Shown here: one piece after another, positions 20,034-29,002 of the stretch
How positions within the stretch are numbered: position 1 is the first letter of the stretch
How the letters are laid out: each line of letters begins with the position of its first letter
Notes under the pieces: generated by a model
Database searches by the model: none
Told to the model about the DNA's origin: nothing
The model's input: the letters and a program-made list of their open reading frames with translations, nothing else
Program-made: the position numbers and the translations under genes
NCBI RefSeq assembly: GCF_039541115.1
Contig: NZ_BAABFP010000005.1
Coordinates: 62,001-126,000 of the forward strand
Origin: Angustibacter luteus
GTDB taxonomy: Bacteria > Actinomycetota > Actinomycetes > Actinomycetales > Angustibacteraceae
Direction: 5' to 3'
DNA length: 64,000 nucleotides

Positions 20034-22313
20034 GTGCCCGCAGCCCACCCGCCCGCGTCCAAGGGTCCGACCCGCCCTGCCGATCTGACGGCACTGCTCG
20101 AGGCCGCCGTCGAGGGCGTCGGCGGGACGCAGCGCCCGGGGCAGGTGCAGATGGCCCAGGCCGTCGCGGACGCGGTTGAGGGCGACGGCCACCTGCTGGT
20201 CCAAGCCGGCACGGGCACCGGGAAGTCGTTGGCGTACCTGGTTCCTGCGCTGGCGCACGCGGTGGCAACCCGGCGTCCGGTCGTCGTCGCCACGGCGACG
20301 CTGGCGCTGCAGGCGCAGGTCGTGGACCGCGACCTGCCCCGCATCACGGCAGCCCTCGAGCCGCTGCTCGGTCGGCGGGCGACGTACGGGTTGGTGAAGG
20401 GTCGGCGCAACTACCTGTGCCAGCACAAGCTCGTCGGTGGCTTCCCGGAGGAGGACGACGACGCGTTGTTCGGACCGCCCGCCGCCGCGAGCCGGATGGG
20501 CGAAGAGGTGCTGCGGCTGCGCGAGTGGGCGAACGACACGGCGTCCGGGGACCGCGACGAGCTCGTGCCCGGCGTCACCGAGCGGGCGTGGCGGCAGGTG
20601 TCGGTGTCCGCGCACGAGTGCCTGGGCGGCAAGTGCCCGATGCTCGAGGAGTGCTTCGTCGAGCAGGCGCGCTCGTCCGCCAAGGTGTCCGACGTGGTGG
20701 TCACCAACCACTCGATGCTGGCCATCGACGCCTTCGAGGGTCGCCAGATCCTGCCCGAGCACGACCTGGTCGTCGTCGACGAGGGGCACGAGCTGGTCGA
20801 CCGGGTGACGTCGACCATCACCGACGAGCTGACCGCGCCCATGGTCGAGCGCGCCGCCCGGCGCGCCGCCCGGCTGGCTGACGTCGAGGCGCTCAGCACG
20901 TCGGCCGACGTGCTGCGCGAGGTGCTGACCGGGGCACCGGAGGGGCGGCTCACCTCGATTCCGGAGAGCCTCGGCGTCGCCCTGGCGGGCGTGCGGGACG
21001 CTGCCCGGTCCGTGCAGAGCGAGCTCAAGCCGGAGAAAGGCGCGGAGGTGGACGCCGGCCGCCAGGTCGCGCGCGCCGAGGTGGACGAGGTCTTCGAGGT
21101 CAGCGAGCGGCTGCTGTCCGACAACGACCACGACGTCGTCTGGCTGAGCGACGACCCGCGGCGTGGGCCGGTGCTGCACGTGGCACCCATCGGGGTGGCG
21201 GGCCTGCTGCGCGAACGGCTGTTCCCGGACCGCACGGTGGTGCTCACGTCGGCGACCCTCGAGCTGGGCGGCAGCTTCGAGTCCGTGGCGGCCTCGATGG
21301 GGCTGTCCGGGCCGGACGCGCCGGCCTGGCAGGGCCTGGACGTCGGCAGCCCCTTCGACTACCAGAAACAGGCGATCCTCTACTGCGCCAAGCACCTGCC
21401 GGCCCCCGGCCGGGACGGGACCTCGTCCGCGGCCATGGACGAGCTGGCGGAGCTGGTCACCGCCGCGGGGGGTCGCACGCTGGGCCTGTTCTCCTCCCGC
21501 CGTGCCGCGGAGGCCGCCGCCGAGGCGATGCGCGAGCGGCTCGACGTGCCGATCCTGTGCCAGGGCGAGGACCAGATGCCCACCCTGGTGCGGGCCTTCG
21601 CCCGGGACGCGCGGACCTGCCTGTTCGGCACGCTGTCCCTCTGGCAGGGAGTTGACGTGCCCGGGCCGGCCTGCCACCTGGTCGTGATCGACCGGATCCC
21701 CTTCCCGCGCCCGGACGACCCGCTGATGTCGGCGCGGTCCCAGGCTGTCGCCGACGCTGGCGGCAACGGCTTCATGGCGGTGGCCGCGACGCACGCGGCG
21801 CTGCGGCTCGCGCAGGGGGCCGGACGCCTGGTCCGCTCCTCGCAGGACCGCGGCGTGGTGGCCGTGCTGGACTCGCGGTTTGCCACCGCCCGGTACGGCT
21901 CCTTCCTGCGCGCGTCCATGCCGCCGTTCTGGCCGACCGCGGACCGCGAGAAGGTGCTGGCCGCGCTGCGCCGGCTGGACGAGGGCGCCGGTGAGCTGCT
22001 CCCGGTGCTGGAGCCGGGCCTGCGGGTGGACGCCGTCCGGGACACCAGCACCGTGCCGGCGCCGCCCGCGCACGCTGAGCCGAGCGTGCCGCTGGACGTG
22101 CCGGCCGCCGAGCCGGCGCCGGTCCCGGAGTCCAGCCGCACCGGGGTGGTGCAAGGACGCGCCTGGACGGCGCAGGACGACGTCACGATGCGCGAGGGCG
22201 TCGAGCTGGGCTGCAGCGTGGAGGACCTCGCCGACCAGTTCGACTGCGAGCCCGACGTCATCGAGGCTCGGTTGGACGCCCTCGGGCTGCACGCGCCGCA
22301 CGAGCTCTTCTGA
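20034..22313 (+). CDS. dinG: ATP-dependent DNA helicase, DinG/YoaA family
   Basis: QAGTGTGKSLAYL, KGRRNYLC, Fe-S Cys (CLGGKCP..C), VVDEGH, WQGVDVPG, QGAGRLVR; leaderless TAGGGT-N6-GTG. Confidence 0.92.
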   Translation: MPAAHPPASKGPTRPADLTALLEAAVEGVGGTQRPGQVQMAQAVADAVEGDGHLLVQAGTGTGKSLAYLVPALAHAVATRRPVVVATATLALQAQVVDRDLPRITAALEPLLGRRATYGLVKGRRNYLCQHKLVGGFPEEDDDALFGPPAAASRMGEEVLRLREWANDTASGDRDELVPGVTERAWRQVSVSAHECLGGKCPMLEECFVEQARSSAKVSDVVVTNHSMLAIDAFEGRQILPEHDLVVVDEGHELVDRVTSTITDELTAPMVERAARRAARLADVEALSTSADVLREVLTGAPEGRLTSIPESLGVALAGVRDAARSVQSELKPEKGAEVDAGRQVARAEVDEVFEVSERLLSDNDHDVVWLSDDPRRGPVLHVAPIGVAGLLRERLFPDRTVVLTSATLELGGSFESVAASMGLSGPDAPAWQGLDVGSPFDYQKQAILYCAKHLPAPGRDGTSSAAMDELAELVTAAGGRTLGLFSSRRAAEAAAEAMRERLDVPILCQGEDQMPTLVRAFARDARTCLFGTLSLWQGVDVPGPACHLVVIDRIPFPRPDDPLMSARSQAVADAGGNGFMAVAATHAALRLAQGAGRLVRSSQDRGVVAVLDSRFATARYGSFLRASMPPFWPTADREKVLAALRRLDEGAGELLPVLEPGLRVDAVRDTSTVPAPPAHAEPSVPLDVPAAEPAPVPESSRTGVVQGRAWTAQDDVTMREGVELGCSVEDLADQFDCEPDVIEARLDALGLHAPHELF

Positions 22314-22392
22314 GCATCACTGCCAGGGGACGATCTCATCGAGTTCGGCCGTCTCCCAGGCGCCGCCCAGGTTCGTCGTCCAGCATGGGGTG

Positions 22393-22671
22393 ATGCAGGA
22401 GGACGAAGCCAACCGGATCGCCGCCACTCTGATGGAGCGCGGGGTCATCGCCCGGGTCGCCAGGCCCAGCTCGTACCGCTTCGGCGTGCGCATCCCGCTC
22501 GGGGACGGCCGCGAGGCCCTCTGGGACGTCGACGGCGCCGCCGGACTGGAGGCGCAGGTCATGCGGGACGGCGTGCTGGTCGGGTTCGTGCCACAGATCC
22601 CCGGATCCGAGCACTTCGACGAGGCCCAGACCGTCGAGGCCATCCTCGCCACGGACTACGGCTCCGCCTGA
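22393..22671 (+). CDS. Small hypothetical protein
   Basis: 3' part of ORF 21880..22671 has high-GC3 codon usage (MQEDEANRIA...ATDYGSA). Confidence 0.7.
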   Translation: MQEDEANRIAATLMERGVIARVARPSSYRFGVRIPLGDGREALWDVDGAAGLEAQVMRDGVLVGFVPQIPGSEHFDEAQTVEAILATDYGSA

Positions 22672-22730
22672 GCGCTGGCCCGCTTCGAGGTCGGTGGACG
22701 GCAGTCCGCACCACCTGCTCTGATGAGTGG

Positions 22731-24710
22731 GTGAGCGCTGCCAGCAGGGCAGACCAGGATCCGGTCGTGGGGTGCGTCGTCCGCGGGGACGACGCGGCGA
22801 CCGTGCTGCTGGACGCCGTCGGACGCAGGACCTCGCCGCTCGTCGGCTCGCTCTCCGGGCCGGCCGGTCGCCGTGCCGTCGTCGTCCCCGCGTTGTCCCA
22901 GCCGGCACCGGTGTGCGCCGACCTGGTCGCCACGCTGGTGGACCTGCTGCTGGACAACGGGTTCGCCGACGTCGTGGTCGGCACGGCGGCGCGGACCGGC
23001 GACCGCGACCGGGGACTCGGGTCGGTCGGCGACCTGGCCGCTGCGGCAGGTTGCACGGGGCGCACCGCGGCCGGGCGCGACTACCAGGTGGTGGACCTGC
23101 ACGAGCACATGGTCCCGGCTGCTGTCCCCTTGTCCAGCGTGCTCGCCGGGCACGCGGTCGCGGCCGCGTGGGCGGAGGCGGACGTGCGGATCCTGCTGTG
23201 CCGCAGCGTGACCGATGTGCTGGACGGGTTCGCCGGGTCGCTGGACGCCCTGTTGCTGGTCGCGCCGGGCGTGCCCGGCGCCGAGCCGGCGGACGTCGCT
23301 GCGGACCTGCTGCAGCACCACCCGCCGACGCTGGTCATCGCGGACGCCCTGGTGTCCAGCGACGGCCCGGACGGCCGACACGTGCTGCGCGAGCTGGGCA
23401 CCCAGGCGCTCGTCGTCTCGACCGACGCCCTCCGGCTGGACGTCACGCTGGCCGGCCTGCAGGGGGAGGACCCAGCGGCGTCCCGCCTGGTCCAGCGGGC
23501 CCTGACCCGGCAGCGCCCGGCGGTGGGCCGGGTGGTGGGCGACCTGACCCCGTTCCCGGGGTGGGTGCGGGCCCACCCCCTGGTGCGCGACGCGGCCCGC
23601 CGGGCCACGACGACCCCCGACCTCGCGCGGCTGCTGGCCGCTGCCACCGGTGGCCCAGATCGTGGCGCTGGCGGCGGCGACGGCAGCGACGCGGTGCTGG
23701 GTGCGTTCCGCGGGCTGCTCACCCCGTTGGTCGCGGCCGCCGACGACCCGATGGCGCGCGGGGTGCTCGTCGGCCTGCTCGGCGCCGTCTCCGCTGTGGC
23801 GCAACAGGTTGACGGCTGGACGACGACCAGCGCCAAGGGTCGGGTGCGCCGGGTCGAGGTCCCGCTGGGGTTCGACCCCTCGCACTGGGAGCCGGCCAGC
23901 TACGACGAGCTGCCCGAGCTGCTCGGCGAGCTCGACGCGCTGCTGGCCGGCGTCCCCGATGTGCCTGGCGCGATGCGGTGGTGCCTGCTCGACCGCTCCA
24001 TCGTGTTCGAGACCACCCGGGTCGTCGAGGCGCCGTTCGCCGACTTCGTCGCCCGGGTCGACGTCGCCCAGGGGATCAGCCTGATGGCCGACTACCTCGG
24101 GGGGCGGCGGGTGCCGGTCAGCGCCGACGACTCCGGCCGTCCGGTGCGGCAGGCCGAGCGCAACGTGTACCTGCCGCAGCCCAATTACCTGGCGCACTGG
24201 GGCGGGCTGCCGATCGACGTCTGCAAGATCGAGCTGGTGCAGCGTGAGCAGGGTCGGCACGCCCTGCACTGGCGCACCGTGGACAGCCTCAACGGGTCGG
24301 CAACCTACGACGACGGAACCCTGAGCTTCACGGACCTCGGGGCCGGCCGCACCCGCTTGGGCGTTCGGGGCCGCCAGCTCTTCACGCTGCCCGCCTTCTG
24401 GCAGGCCGCGGACCTCGACCGGCTGCCGGAGGTCAAGGACGACCTCGTCGAGGACGCCTACCGGCGGTTCTTCAGCACCACGTTCGACAACCTCGAGGCC
24501 TGCTACGAGGGACGGGAGTTCCGCATCGGTCGGGACGCCGATGACGAGGGTCCACTGGTGACCCAGACGCTGCAGCTGCTGCTGGAGCTGGCGTCCCAGT
24601 GGCTGAGCCAGCACCAGCCGGGCTGGACGACAGTCACCGCCACGCCTGCGCCCGTGGTCGACGTCCACGGGTTCCGGCACTTCCGCGGCGGGGCGGAGGC
24701 CGTCGGATGA
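22731..24710 (+). CDS. DUF362-like N-terminal region fused to a START/SRPBCC-like C-terminal domain
   Basis: N-terminal LVDLL.DNGF.DVVVG, YQVVDL, WAEADVRI, PTLVIADAL resembles DUF362; C-terminal ERNVYLPQPNY..IDVCKIE..WRTV.S.NGSA.YDDG is a helix-grip-like beta region. Family call by eye. Confidence 0.55.
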   Translation: MSAASRADQDPVVGCVVRGDDAATVLLDAVGRRTSPLVGSLSGPAGRRAVVVPALSQPAPVCADLVATLVDLLLDNGFADVVVGTAARTGDRDRGLGSVGDLAAAAGCTGRTAAGRDYQVVDLHEHMVPAAVPLSSVLAGHAVAAAWAEADVRILLCRSVTDVLDGFAGSLDALLLVAPGVPGAEPADVAADLLQHHPPTLVIADALVSSDGPDGRHVLRELGTQALVVSTDALRLDVTLAGLQGEDPAASRLVQRALTRQRPAVGRVVGDLTPFPGWVRAHPLVRDAARRATTTPDLARLLAAATGGPDRGAGGGDGSDAVLGAFRGLLTPLVAAADDPMARGVLVGLLGAVSAVAQQVDGWTTTSAKGRVRRVEVPLGFDPSHWEPASYDELPELLGELDALLAGVPDVPGAMRWCLLDRSIVFETTRVVEAPFADFVARVDVAQGISLMADYLGGRRVPVSADDSGRPVRQAERNVYLPQPNYLAHWGGLPIDVCKIELVQREQGRHALHWRTVDSLNGSATYDDGTLSFTDLGAGRTRLGVRGRQLFTLPAFWQAADLDRLPEVKDDLVEDAYRRFFSTTFDNLEACYEGREFRIGRDADDEGPLVTQTLQLLLELASQWLSQHQPGWTTVTATPAPVVDVHGFRHFRGGAEAVG

Positions 24711-25753
24711 GGGTCGCGGTCACAGGGGCGTCGGGGCTGGTGGGCGGGCAGGTGGCCGCCGCCGCAGCTGCGGCGGGTCACGAGGTTCGTGGGGTCGTAC
24801 GGCGGCGGGGATCGGTTGCGGCGCAGGGGATCGAGACCGTGCGGGCACCCCTGGAGGACCCGTCGGCCCTGCGGTCGGCCTTCGCCGGGTGCGATGCGGT
24901 CGTGCACTGCGCGGCGGTGTACGCGTTCGACGCCGACCGGGCCGCCGAGGTCGAGCGGGTCAACACCACCGGCACCGTCTCGGTCGTGCAGGCAGCTGCG
25001 GACGCCGGGGTCCAGCGGGTCGTCGTGACGTCGTCCTCCGTCACGCGCGGGTCGTCCCGGACGGCGGCACCGCGCACCGAGCTCGACGTCCTCGGCGACG
25101 AGCCGGCTCCCACCTACTACGCCAGCAAGGTCGAGCAGGAGCGGGTCGCGTTGCAGACCGGCCAGCGGTGCGGCGTGCCCGTGGTACTGGCACTGCCGAC
25201 GGTCGTGCTGGGCGGCCCGGCGCAGCGGCTGCTGCCCAGCAACGCGATCGTGCTGCGGTACCTGCTGGACGCCACCCGCAGCACCTACCCCGGCGGGTGC
25301 AACGTCGTGGACGCGCGAGACGTGGCGCTGGGGCACCTGCTGCTGCTCGAGCGCGGGGTGCCGGGGGAGCGGTACCTGCTCGGTGGGCAGAACGTCAGCT
25401 GGCGCACCCTGCACGCCACCGTCGCCGAGCTGGCCGGGTTGCCCGGCCCGTTCCTGGAGGTGCCACGCCCGGTCGCCCAGGCCGTGGCGAGGGTCGCCGG
25501 CGGCTGGAGCCGGCTGACGTCGTCCGCTCCGCTGGTCACGCTCGACGAGGCGGACACCGTGGGCCGCTGGTACTGGTACGACCACGGCCGGGCGGCTTTG
25601 CTGGGCTATGCCCCGCGGTCCGCCCGGGACGCGGTCGCAGCGTCCCTGGCGTGGCTGCTGGTCGGTGAGCACGTCCCCAGGTGGGTGCGCGAGGGGCTGT
25701 CGCTGTCGCCCGACGTCCGGGCCGCTCGCCCACTCGTGCCGCGCCCGCTGTAG
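24707..25753 (+). CDS. NAD-dependent epimerase/dehydratase (dihydroflavonol reductase/HpnA-like extended SDR)
   Basis: TGASGLVG, HCAA, TSSS, YYASK; ATGA overlap with the upstream gene. Confidence 0.9.
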   Translation: MRVAVTGASGLVGGQVAAAAAAAGHEVRGVVRRRGSVAAQGIETVRAPLEDPSALRSAFAGCDAVVHCAAVYAFDADRAAEVERVNTTGTVSVVQAAADAGVQRVVVTSSSVTRGSSRTAAPRTELDVLGDEPAPTYYASKVEQERVALQTGQRCGVPVVLALPTVVLGGPAQRLLPSNAIVLRYLLDATRSTYPGGCNVVDARDVALGHLLLLERGVPGERYLLGGQNVSWRTLHATVAELAGLPGPFLEVPRPVAQAVARVAGGWSRLTSSAPLVTLDEADTVGRWYWYDHGRAALLGYAPRSARDAVAASLAWLLVGEHVPRWVREGLSLSPDVRAARPLVPRPL

Positions 25754-25812
25754 CCGCAAACCGACACGAAAGTGCTTTGTGCGGTGGGCGCCGTTGCGCC
25801 TAGCGTGGCGCG

Positions 25813-26547
25813 ATGACGGTCTCCCTGCATGCCTTGTGCTTCGACGCGATCGACCCAGTCCGGGTCGCGGCCTTCTGGGCGGGCGTCCTGGGCTGGGAGC
25901 TGGCCGACGATCCGCACGATGGCACCGTGCTCCTGCCGGACGACGAGACGGGGTTCCGGCTCCGCTTCCTGGCGACCGAGGAGCAGAAGAGCAGCCAGAA
26001 CCTGATGCACTTCGACCTGACGAGCACGTCCCTCGAGGACCAGCAGCAGAAGGTCGCCCTGGCACTCGCGCTCGGCGGGCGGCACGTCGACGTCGGTCAG
26101 CGCCCCGACGAGGGTCAGGTGGTGCTCGGCGATCCTGAGGGCAACGAGTTCTGCGTGATCGAGCCGGGCAACAACTTCCTGGCGGACTGCGGGTTCGTGG
26201 GAGCGGTCTCCGGCGACGGTTCGCAGGCGGTCGGGTACTTCTGGAGCAAGGCGCTCGGCTGGCCGCTGGTCTGGGACCAGGACGAGGAGACGGCGATCCG
26301 CTCACCGCACGGCGGGCCCAAGGTCACCTGGGGCGGTCCGCCGCTGATGCCCAAGCTCGGCCGGAGCCGGGTCCGCTTCGACCTCGTGTCGCCGGTCCAC
26401 GGTGATCTGCAGGCGGAGGTGACCCGTCTGGTCTCCCTCGGTGCGACGCGGGTCGACGGAGGTGGGGGTGAGGGTGAGGCGAGCGAGGTGAGGATGGCCG
26501 ACCCGGACGGCAACGAGTTCTCGCTCCGGGTCGCCGGTGCTGCCTGA
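25813..26547 (+). CDS. VOC/glyoxalase-like protein with two tandem domains
   Basis: Repeated FW...LGW and DP(E/D)GNEF motifs, HFDL; leaderless TAGCGT-N6-ATG. Confidence 0.88.
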   Translation: MTVSLHALCFDAIDPVRVAAFWAGVLGWELADDPHDGTVLLPDDETGFRLRFLATEEQKSSQNLMHFDLTSTSLEDQQQKVALALALGGRHVDVGQRPDEGQVVLGDPEGNEFCVIEPGNNFLADCGFVGAVSGDGSQAVGYFWSKALGWPLVWDQDEETAIRSPHGGPKVTWGGPPLMPKLGRSRVRFDLVSPVHGDLQAEVTRLVSLGATRVDGGGGEGEASEVRMADPDGNEFSLRVAGAA

Positions 26548-27466
26548 CCCGATCGAGGAGGCCATCGAGGAGGCCCGCCGTCGGCAGGCCATCGCCGACC
26601 GGGACACCTCCGACTCGGTGAACCACTTCGCCAGCTCCGTACGGGCCGTGTGCCGGCGGTGGAACCTGACGGCCCAGCGGTGGCTGCCCGGCGGTGCCGG
26701 TGCGCCGACCCTCGCGGTGACGGGGGTGGACGGCACGGCGGGCGTCCTGAAGATCGCCGAACCGGGGAGCCTGGACGACGCGGTGCGGGTCATGCTCGCG
26801 GCCGACGGCCAGGGATACGCGCGGGTGCTGTGCTGGGATGCCGACCGGGGTGCGCTGCTCACCGAGCGGCTGGGCGGCGACCTCTGGACGCACGCGGCGA
26901 CGCTGGTCGAGCAGGCGCAGCTGGTCGTGCCGCTGCTGCAGCTCGCCTGGCGCGTGCCGCTCGACCGCGGCCGGCCGTTTCCGGGCAAGGCGTCCGGGCT
27001 GCTCGACATCCTCGCCGACCTGGGGCCGCGGTACGGCGCGCACCACGCTGACGTCCTCGCTCGGGCCTCGCGGTACGCGACCGAGCTGGCGGCGTCCGAG
27101 CGGCCGCAGGTGGTCTGCCACGGCGACCCGCACGCGGGGAACGTCCTGCGCCGAGGTTCGGGCTGGGCGCTCATCGACCCGGACGGGTTCGTGGGGGAGC
27201 GCGCCTACGACCTCGGGGTCGTGCTGCGCGACGGATGCCGGGAGATCGTGGCGGCGGAGGCGAGCCGGGCAGGCGCGGGCGCCTCGGTGCTGCGCCGGGC
27301 GTGCCAGGTCGCGGCCGGGCTCGCGGACGTCGACGCCGAGCAGGTGTGGCGGTGGTCGTTCGTGGAGCGGGTGACCACCGGGCTGTACCTGCGGTGGTTC
27401 GGCCACCACGACGAGTCGGCGAGCTTCCTGGGTGCGGCTGACCTGCTGAGCTCGCGCGAGAGGTAG
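26537..27466 (+). CDS. Aminoglycoside/hydroxyurea phosphotransferase family protein (APH(6)-like)
   Basis: GVLKI, ALLTERL, CHGDPHAGNVL, IDPDG..GERAYDL. Confidence 0.82.
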   Translation: MLPDPIEEAIEEARRRQAIADRDTSDSVNHFASSVRAVCRRWNLTAQRWLPGGAGAPTLAVTGVDGTAGVLKIAEPGSLDDAVRVMLAADGQGYARVLCWDADRGALLTERLGGDLWTHAATLVEQAQLVVPLLQLAWRVPLDRGRPFPGKASGLLDILADLGPRYGAHHADVLARASRYATELAASERPQVVCHGDPHAGNVLRRGSGWALIDPDGFVGERAYDLGVVLRDGCREIVAAEASRAGAGASVLRRACQVAAGLADVDAEQVWRWSFVERVTTGLYLRWFGHHDESASFLGAADLLSSRER

Positions 27467-27504
27467 GAGCCCGCCCGGTTGGTCGCGGAGGTCTCCGAGC
27501 CGCC

Positions 27505-27534
27505 GCCCGCCGGTCGGGCCAGCGGCGGGCTTGC
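27505..27534 (+). terminator. Putative intrinsic terminator hairpin after the kinase gene
   Basis: GCCCGCCG / CGGCGGGC 8-bp stem followed by TTGC. Confidence 0.45.
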
Positions 27535-27547
27535 TCACAACGAGTGA
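27535..27547. promoter_or_regulatory. Candidate BldD-type operator
   Basis: TCAC-AACGA-GTGA matches TNAC-N5-GTNA. Confidence 0.45.
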
Positions 27548-27684
27548 CTCAAGGACGCCAGGCAATAGGCCGAAGGAGTGCTGTCGCCGTCATCTCGGCG
27601 CTGTTCGCGTGAACCCTCTGTCACAAATGCCCGATCCCGAGCCGACGACAGCACTGTGGCCCGGCCCCTGCTGAGGAGATCGCA

Positions 27685-28149
27685 ATGCGAGTTACAGGAA
27701 AGCGCCGGGTCGCCCTCGTGGCGGCCGCGACCGCCATCGTGCTGGTCGGCGCCGGCACCGCCTACGCGTACTGGACGACGACGGGCAGCGGGAGTGGAAG
27801 TGCCAGCACCGGCACCAGCGTTCCCGTGACGGTGGCGCAGGACAGCACCGTCGCCGGGCTCTACCCGGACGGTCCGGACGTGCCGCTCGACTTCACCATC
27901 ACCAACCCGAACCCCGGCTCGCAGTTCATCTCGTCCGTGACGATCGCCGTCACGGGGACGAGCTCCGCGAGCTGCACGGCTGCCAACTTCGCCGTGTCCC
28001 AGCCGACGATCACCGCGGGCAACATCGCGGCCGGCGCCACCTCCTACGCCAGCGCGACCACCGGCGCGGCGATCCACATGATCGACACCGGCGCCAACCA
28101 GGACGCCTGCAAGTCCGTCACGGTCAACCTGTCGTACTCGGTCAGCTGA
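27685..28149 (+). CDS. Secreted TasA/CalY-like fibre subunit (putative shaft pilin)
   Basis: Signal peptide ending AYA/YWT, GSGSG strand, LYP, TITNPN, two Cys (SCTAA, NQDACK); RBS GAGGAG. Confidence 0.65.
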   Translation: MRVTGKRRVALVAAATAIVLVGAGTAYAYWTTTGSGSGSASTGTSVPVTVAQDSTVAGLYPDGPDVPLDFTITNPNPGSQFISSVTIAVTGTSSASCTAANFAVSQPTITAGNIAAGATSYASATTGAAIHMIDTGANQDACKSVTVNLSYSVS

Positions 28150-28186
28150 CCCAGGTCCTGGCGGTTGACGAGCAGCGTGACGCGCG

Positions 28187-29002
28187 ATGACTGAGGGCGC
28201 TCAGCCGACCCCCACCCCGGAGCAGCCGGTGGCACCCCGCCGCCGAGCCGCTCTCGGGTGGTGGGTGCTGGGCGCCTTCGGCCTGCTCGCCGGCCTCGCG
28301 CTGGTCCTGGGCCAGCTGTTCCACGGGCCGGCGGCGGGCCAGGCGTCCGCCGGGTCACCGACGACGCCACCCACCACCTCGCACGCGGGCGGGCAGACTC
28401 CGTCGTTCAGCGGCACTGCCACCCCGACCGGTACCCCCACCGGTACCCCCACCGCATCCCCGACCACCACCGGCGCGGGCTCGAGCACGCGCTCGGCCGG
28501 GACGGGTCCGGTCGGATCAGGCTCCAGCGGGACCGGACCCCGCGCCACCGCGTCGGGCAGCACGACGTCCCGCCCGAGTGCCCCCTCGACCACGAGGACG
28601 TCGACCCCGCCCCCCGGTGGCGGCCCGACCATCACCCCGAGCGGCCCGGCGACGGGCTCACCGTTCACCATCACCGTGTCGGGAGTCGACGGTCCGCTGG
28701 TCCCGGGTGCGCCACGGACCTTGACCGTTCAGGTGCACAACCCGAACAGCTCCACGATCCGCCTGCTGTCCCTCACGGCGTCGGTCGGCGACCCCCAGCA
28801 CGCGGGCTGCTCCGCGGCCTGGGTGTCGGTCGGCAGCTACGCCGCCGCGCACGCCCCGTTGCTGCTCGTCGGGGCCGGCCAGTCGAGGCCGCTCTCGCTG
28901 CCGATCGTGCTCACCAACCTCGCGACGGTGAACCAGGACGGTTGCAAGGGCGTCAGCTTTCCCCTGACCTTCAACGGATCTGCCACGCAGGTGACCCCGT
29001 GA
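28187..29002 (+). CDS. Membrane-anchored protein: TM, Pro/Thr/Ser linker, pilin-like C-terminal domain
   Basis: One N-terminal TM, a long PTS-rich stalk, and a C-terminal domain sharing LVP, NPN, CSAA, NQDGCK with the upstream gene. Confidence 0.7.
   Translation: MTEGAQPTPTPEQPVAPRRRAALGWWVLGAFGLLAGLALVLGQLFHGPAAGQASAGSPTTPPTTSHAGGQTPSFSGTATPTGTPTGTPTASPTTTGAGSSTRSAGTGPVGSGSSGTGPRATASGSTTSRPSAPSTTRTSTPPPGGGPTITPSGPATGSPFTITVSGVDGPLVPGAPRTLTVQVHNPNSSTIRLLSLTASVGDPQHAGCSAAWVSVGSYAAAHAPLLLVGAGQSRPLSLPIVLTNLATVNQDGCKGVSFPLTFNGSATQVTP

Noticed and set aside
27609..27625. GTGA...TCAC as a CRP site
   Set aside because: The spacer is 8 nt (GTGA-accctctg-TCAC), not the required 6.
27548..27684. c-di-GMP-I or c-di-AMP riboswitch in the pilin leader
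   Set aside because: The conserved cores (GGCAAAC...GACGCAAAG; GCTGAATCC...GGGGAACC) are not present; kept only as an unclassified structured leader.
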